This document shows positions 25,406 through 32,000 of a stretch of DNA of 32,000 nucleotides, piece by piece. This DNA comes from Waddlia chondrophila WSU 86-1044 (lineage in GTDB: Bacteria; Chlamydiota; Chlamydiia; Chlamydiales; Waddliaceae): assembly GCF_000092785.1 (NCBI RefSeq), contig NC_014225.1, forward strand, positions 539,340 through 571,339, given 5' to 3'. Both the position numbers and the translations under genes were made by a program. The notes beneath the pieces are model-generated. The model was not told the origin of the DNA. It saw only the letters and a list, made by a program, of their open reading frames with translations, and ran no database searches. Position 1 is the stretch's first letter. Each line of letters opens with the position of its first letter.

Positions 25406-26488
25406 TTAACCTTTTAAAGATTTCATATCGATAACGAAGCGGTATTTTACATCACTTTTCAACATCCTTTCATAAGCTTCATTGATCTGATCGATATGGA
25501 TCATTTCCACATCGCAGACAATGTTGTGTTTGCCGCAAAAATCTAGCATCTCTTGCGTTTCCTTCAGCCCTCCGATTAGTGAGCCTGCCAGTTTGCGCCT
25601 TTGAAAGATCAGGCTGAAAGCGGCAACAGGGACAGGTTCCGGAGGAGCGCCGACCAAGACCATTGCTCCTGAGCATTTGAGTAAGTTGAGATAGAGGTTT
25701 AGGTCGTGCTCTGCAGAGACGGTATCCAAGATAAAATCAAAGCGATTGACAGCTTTTTCCAATTGGTTTTGATCTTTTGTGTAGATGACGTCTTTAGCGC
25801 CAAGTTTCAGTGCGTCCTCTCTCTTATTATCAGAATGGGTAAGCACCGTTACCTCAGCACCCATTGCTGCAGCAAGTTTCACACCCATATGTCCCAATCC
25901 TCCCAAGCCGACAACGCCGACTTTTTGGCCGGGACCGACATTGTATTGCCTAAGGGGTGAATACGTGGTGATTCCGGCGCAGAGCAGAGGGGCGGCAGCG
26001 GCGAAATCAAGGTTGTCTGGCATTTTTAAGACAAAGTCTTCGTCAACAACGATCATTTCCGAGTAGCCGCCGTAGGTTGTGTCTTTTAGGTGCTTGTCTG
26101 GGCTGTTGTAGGTCATCGTTGCGCCGTTTTCACAGTGCTGTTCCAGATTTTCTTTGCAGCTGCTGCATGTTCGACAGGAATCGACAAGACAGCCGACAGC
26201 AACTTTGTCGCCTTTTTGATATTTTGTTGCACCGGATCCCGTTTCGACAACAATTCCAACGATCTCATGTCCTGGTACGCAAGGGTAGGTTGTGTTTTGC
26301 CATTCATTGCGTGCTGTATGGAGATCGCTGTGGCACACCCCGCAGTAATGGATATCGATCACGACATCCTTAGACGTAGGAGAGCGTCTGTTAATTGTGG
26401 TTTGAGAAAGCGGTTTTTCAGCAGTTGGAGCCGCGTAGGCTTTGACAGTTTTAGACACGGGAGCCTCCTTTTTCTTATCTTTTAACAT
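25406..26488 (-). CDS. Zinc-dependent NAD(P)-alcohol dehydrogenase (YahK/cinnamyl-ADH-like MDR)
   Basis: GVCHSDLH, GHEIVG, structural-zinc CRTCSSCKENLEQHC and GLGGLGH. I use ATG 26488 because the longer track start (26521) is TTG and adds a non-homologous extension. The start remains uncertain. Confidence 0.85.
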   Translation of the reverse strand: MLKDKKKEAPVSKTVKAYAAPTAEKPLSQTTINRRSPTSKDVVIDIHYCGVCHSDLHTARNEWQNTTYPCVPGHEIVGIVVETGSGATKYQKGDKVAVGCLVDSCRTCSSCKENLEQHCENGATMTYNSPDKHLKDTTYGGYSEMIVVDEDFVLKMPDNLDFAAAAPLLCAGITTYSPLRQYNVGPGQKVGVVGLGGLGHMGVKLAAAMGAEVTVLTHSDNKREDALKLGAKDVIYTKDQNQLEKAVNRFDFILDTVSAEHDLNLYLNLLKCSGAMVLVGAPPEPVPVAAFSLIFQRRKLAGSLIGGLKETQEMLDFCGKHNIVCDVEMIHIDQINEAYERMLKSDVKYRFVIDMKSLKG

Positions 26489-26593
26489 AGAGGCAAGAAA
26501 AACGTGAAATTTTATTTCCAAAAAGAGATTAACTTTTTTATAAGAGGGATATACTGAAATGAATTCAAAATTTAGAATCAGGTGTTGATTTAG

Positions 26594-27409
26594 ATGAAGT
26601 TAAGTTATTTGTCAGGCGGCATTTTTTTTATTCTCCTGGGGGGAATTTACTTTTATTTTCTAAGGCATCCTGTAGATGATATTGCAAGGGTGCATTCGTA
26701 TAATGTTCCCGATAAATATGACCTATATGATCCGGAAATGGCTCCGGAGGAAATCCGTGATCAGGTGGTAAGCGGCTTCCAAATGATGATCGAAACCAAA
26801 AATCAGCTTCCTCAATATGTTGGTAATGATATGAACTGCCGAAACTGCCATTTTAACGGGGGAAATTCCATGGGGGGAAGAAGCTGCGGATTTTCCTTGG
26901 TAGGTGTTGTGCATAAATATCCTCGAAAGCTTCCCTCAGGAAAAGAGTATACGTTGGAAGAGCGAGTGAACTCCTGTTTTATGAGAAGTATGAATGGCAA
27001 GCCTTTGCCGGTAGACAGCAAAGAAATGCGGGCATTAGTTACGTATATGGAGTGGATTTCAAACGGTATTCCAAAGCTTGAAAGCTACCCTTGGTTAGGT
27101 GCAAAGAAATTGACAAGCTCCCATGTACCCGATCCAAAGAGAGGAGAAAAGCTGTTCGCGATGAAGTGCGCCCCTTGTCATGGAGAAAATGGAGAAGGGC
27201 AGAAACGTCCTTATCAATTGGACTATCCACCTCTTTGGGGTAATGGGGCATTCAACGACGGAGCCGGTATGAGCAAACTTGATATGTTCGCTTATTTTAT
27301 CTATAAGAACATGCCCTACAATGATCCGAGACTTTCTGTTGAGGAGGCGCTCGATATAGCTTCTTATGTCACTAAGCAGCCCCGTCCCAAGCTCGAGAAT
27401 CATGAGTAA
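26594..27409 (+). CDS. tsdA: Membrane-anchored/periplasmic dihaem c-type cytochrome, TsdA-like (thiosulfate dehydrogenase/tetrathionate reductase family)
   Basis: 271 aa with an N-terminal hydrophobic anchor or signal. Two CxxCH motifs (C82-H86 CRNCH; C192-H196 CAPCH). Conserved-looking ERVNSCFMRSMNG with Cys128, and KNMP with Met240, sit at the spacing expected for TsdA distal ligands. Dihaem cytochrome is firm; the TsdA assignment is moderate. Confidence 0.6.
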   Translation: MKLSYLSGGIFFILLGGIYFYFLRHPVDDIARVHSYNVPDKYDLYDPEMAPEEIRDQVVSGFQMMIETKNQLPQYVGNDMNCRNCHFNGGNSMGGRSCGFSLVGVVHKYPRKLPSGKEYTLEERVNSCFMRSMNGKPLPVDSKEMRALVTYMEWISNGIPKLESYPWLGAKKLTSSHVPDPKRGEKLFAMKCAPCHGENGEGQKRPYQLDYPPLWGNGAFNDGAGMSKLDMFAYFIYKNMPYNDPRLSVEEALDIASYVTKQPRPKLENHE

Positions 27410-28206
27410 AGTACAAAAGACACAATCACTAGAAAAATGCCGAAGATAGCCCGCAGGATCCGGGTGGGGAGCATGTAGGCGAGGTTTGCTCCAAAAGGAG
27501 CGCTGAGAACAGATGAGAGGCCGGCGATGAGCATTCCGGGAAGATATAGATACCCCAAACTTCCATTGGAGACTTGGCTGCCCAGCCCAAAATATAGATA
27601 AGAAAGAGTTCCAACGGTACCAACCAGCAAGCTCACAAAGGCTGATGTAGAAATTGCATGCTTTAATTGGACGTGATGCGAAGTAAGAAAAGGAATGGTG
27701 ATTGGAGCGCCGCCTACGCCCAAGATTGAGCAGATAGTTCCCCCGATTAAACCAACTCCTCCTGTTGTTATTGCACGTGGAGGTTTTTTATGATCCTTGA
27801 ATTGATAAGGGTTTTCCTTTTTAAAAGCTGTGTAAATAAAATAGATGCCGAAGCAGAAAATGTAGGTACTGAAGAGGGTGACGAGTTTTCTATTAGGGAG
27901 AGTGTGTGCGATCAAGGCTCCAAAGACCGTTCCACAAATGATACCCGGTGCATAGTAGCGCAAATAGTCCCACTGGATTCCCTTCTTTAGAAAATGTGCT
28001 CCGCTTGAAGAAATTGCAGTGAATATCATGACTCCAAGTGAAGTGCCGATGGCAACATGAATCGTGTAGGTAGCGGGGAATTCAAAAACGTGGAAAAAGA
28101 AAAGGAAAGCGGGGACGGTAAAAATGCCTCCCCCAATGCCCAGAAGCCCTCCTAAGAGTCCTGCAATGATTCCAATCAAGGATAAGGCAAGATATTCAAT
28201 GATCAT
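27400..28206 (-). CDS. TSUP-family (TauE/SafE, DUF81) anion exporter-type membrane protein
   Basis: 268 aa with 8 hydrophobic segments. Classic motifs GLLGGLLGIGGGIFTVPAFLFF and GTICSILGVGGAPITIPFL. ATGA overlap with the ade stop. Confidence 0.85.
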   Translation of the reverse strand: MIIEYLALSLIGIIAGLLGGLLGIGGGIFTVPAFLFFFHVFEFPATYTIHVAIGTSLGVMIFTAISSSGAHFLKKGIQWDYLRYYAPGIICGTVFGALIAHTLPNRKLVTLFSTYIFCFGIYFIYTAFKKENPYQFKDHKKPPRAITTGGVGLIGGTICSILGVGGAPITIPFLTSHHVQLKHAISTSAFVSLLVGTVGTLSYLYFGLGSQVSNGSLGYLYLPGMLIAGLSSVLSAPFGANLAYMLPTRILRAIFGIFLVIVSFVLYS

Positions 28207-29827
28207 GACGCTTCTAAAGGAATGAATTGAAAAGTTTCCGCATCAAACAGACCCAAATCGCTTAATTTAAGCGAAGGGATCACTAGAAGAGCCAGAAATG
28301 ACAAGGTCATTAAAGGGTCGTGCAGCTTGGATCCAAGGCTATGTGAGAGCTTTTTGATCCTTGCGTAGTCGGCGGCAACTTGCCATCCGTCTTTATCGCT
28401 CATCAACCCTGCGACGGGGAGAGGAACACATTCTATTTGATCGTTTGCTGCCGCAACGCCGCCTTTGGATTCAATCACAGCATTGATTGCGCGGCACAGC
28501 GATTGGTCGTCGACGCCTACGGCAACGATGTTGTGAGAGTCGTGAGCGATGGAAGACGCCAGAGCGCCTGATTTTAAGCCAAGTCCCTGAACAAAAGCAA
28601 TTGCTGGCGGGGCGTCTTGATATCTATTGACGACAACGAGCTTGAGCACGTCCTTGTCCACATCTGAAATGTATTCCCCTTTTTCGATGCATGCAGGAAG
28701 GATCAATTTTCCAGTCACAAGCTCTCCTTGGACTGCCTGGATGACGTGAATGTTTTCTCCTTTGGCAGCGATTTTAAAAGCATTCTCCTTTTTTAAGGAG
28801 CAGGCAAATCGGTTGATCGGAGAAACAGCAACGGAATCGATCAGGCTTTTTCCTTCGGAAGCTACTTGAATCCCTTGAATAAAGGTGGATTTAACGTTGA
28901 AAGTTTCTAAATCTTCCAAGACGATAAAGTCGGCTGAATCGTTTAGGCGAAGAAGGCCAACATTCATGCGATAATGTTCCACAGGATGGATGCAGGCAGC
29001 ACGCAGAACGTCCATTAAATCGTAACCTAATTCTATGGATCGCTTCACGATCAGGTTGATATGCCCTTCAATCAACTCATCGGGGTGTTTATCATCGGAG
29101 CAGAACATTATTCGATCGGGATGCGATTTGATAAGAGGATGCAAGGCTTGAAAATTTTTTGCAGCAGATCCTTCGCGTATCAGGATTTTCATTCCATAGA
29201 GGATTTTGCCTAACGCCTCTTCTAGAGTGAAACATTCGTGATCTGTGCTGATTCCGGCATTGATATAGGCTTTTGCCTGATCTTTCTTCAACCCGGGCGA
29301 GTGGCCGTCGATGGGAAATCCAAATGATTGCGCGACTGCGATTTTTTGCATGACCTCAGGGTCCTGGTGCAGTACACCGGGGAAGTTCATCATTTCGCTT
29401 AAGTATTTTAGTCTGTCTTTTTCAAACAGCGTATGGATGTCATCTGCTGTGATTGAGGCGCCGGCAGTTTCGAAGGAGGTTGCAGGAACGCAAGAGGGAG
29501 CTCCGAAATGGAAGTGGAAGGGCACTTTGCTGCCATTTTCGAGCATGAAGCGGATCCCTTCCATGCCTGCCACATTGGCGATTTCGTGAGGATCGGAGAT
29601 CGTCCCGACTGTCCCGTGAAGAACCGCTATGCGAGCAAACTCCGAAGGGATGAGCATCGAGCTTTCAATGTGGATATGTGCATCGATGAAGCCGGGAAGG
29701 ATATATTGATCGGGCGCTTTTTCTTTTTCAGAAATTGACGCGATCCTGCCATCAGCGAGTGTGATTTCTCCTGGAAAGATCCGTTTTGCAAAGAGATCGA
29801 CGATCTGGCCTGAAATGGAGAGGTTAG

Positions 29828-29831
<4 letters not shown>
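28203..29831 (-). CDS. ade: Adenine deaminase (amidohydrolase superfamily)
   Basis: 542 aa. Collinear, from memory, with E. coli Ade/YicP: PGFIDAHIHIESSM, ISDPHEIANV, IREGSAAKN, SHDSHNIVAVG, PLPVAGLMS, SLKLSDLGLFD. Confidence 0.9.

Positions 29832-32000
<2,169 letters not shown>

Overview
Compact bacterial chromosome segment with about 30 protein-coding genes on both strands. I saw no rRNA, tRNA or CRISPR array. Most genes are recognisable housekeeping or metabolic functions: PreP-type M16C protease, PssA, LexA, RmuC, PIN-PhoH2, RhlE-like DEAD-box helicase, cation/proton antiporter, GNAT-nitrilase fusion, Zn-ADH, SDR, adenine deaminase, DUF853/YjgR ATPase and an aldo-keto reductase. The gene style (ATGA start/stop overlaps, overlapping convergent 3' ends, orphan Lys/Glu/Ser-rich proteins) would fit a PVC-group organism such as an environmental chlamydia, but I cannot verify that here. 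One accessory islet (~9970-13255, AT-richer by eye) holds an intact ISAs1-family IS (10704-11971; 20-bp IRs, 10-bp target duplication) that splits an orphan gene, plus two orphan ORFs. Most worth a second look: (i) a translationally coupled operon of AKR, DUF853 P-loop ATPase, adenine deaminase and a TSUP membrane protein (27400-32000), a layout with no described joint function; (ii) a TsdA-like dihaem cytochrome c beside a TauE/SafE-type exporter; (iii) lexA as the last gene of an SLC12-like transporter/PAP2 operon, divergent from rmuC; (iv) a 167-bp element bounded by perfect 20-bp inverted repeats (18998-19164); (v) a 364-codon edge-truncated ORF missing from the ORF track (1-1092). I found no self-evident novel multi-gene system; these candidates are hypotheses to test.
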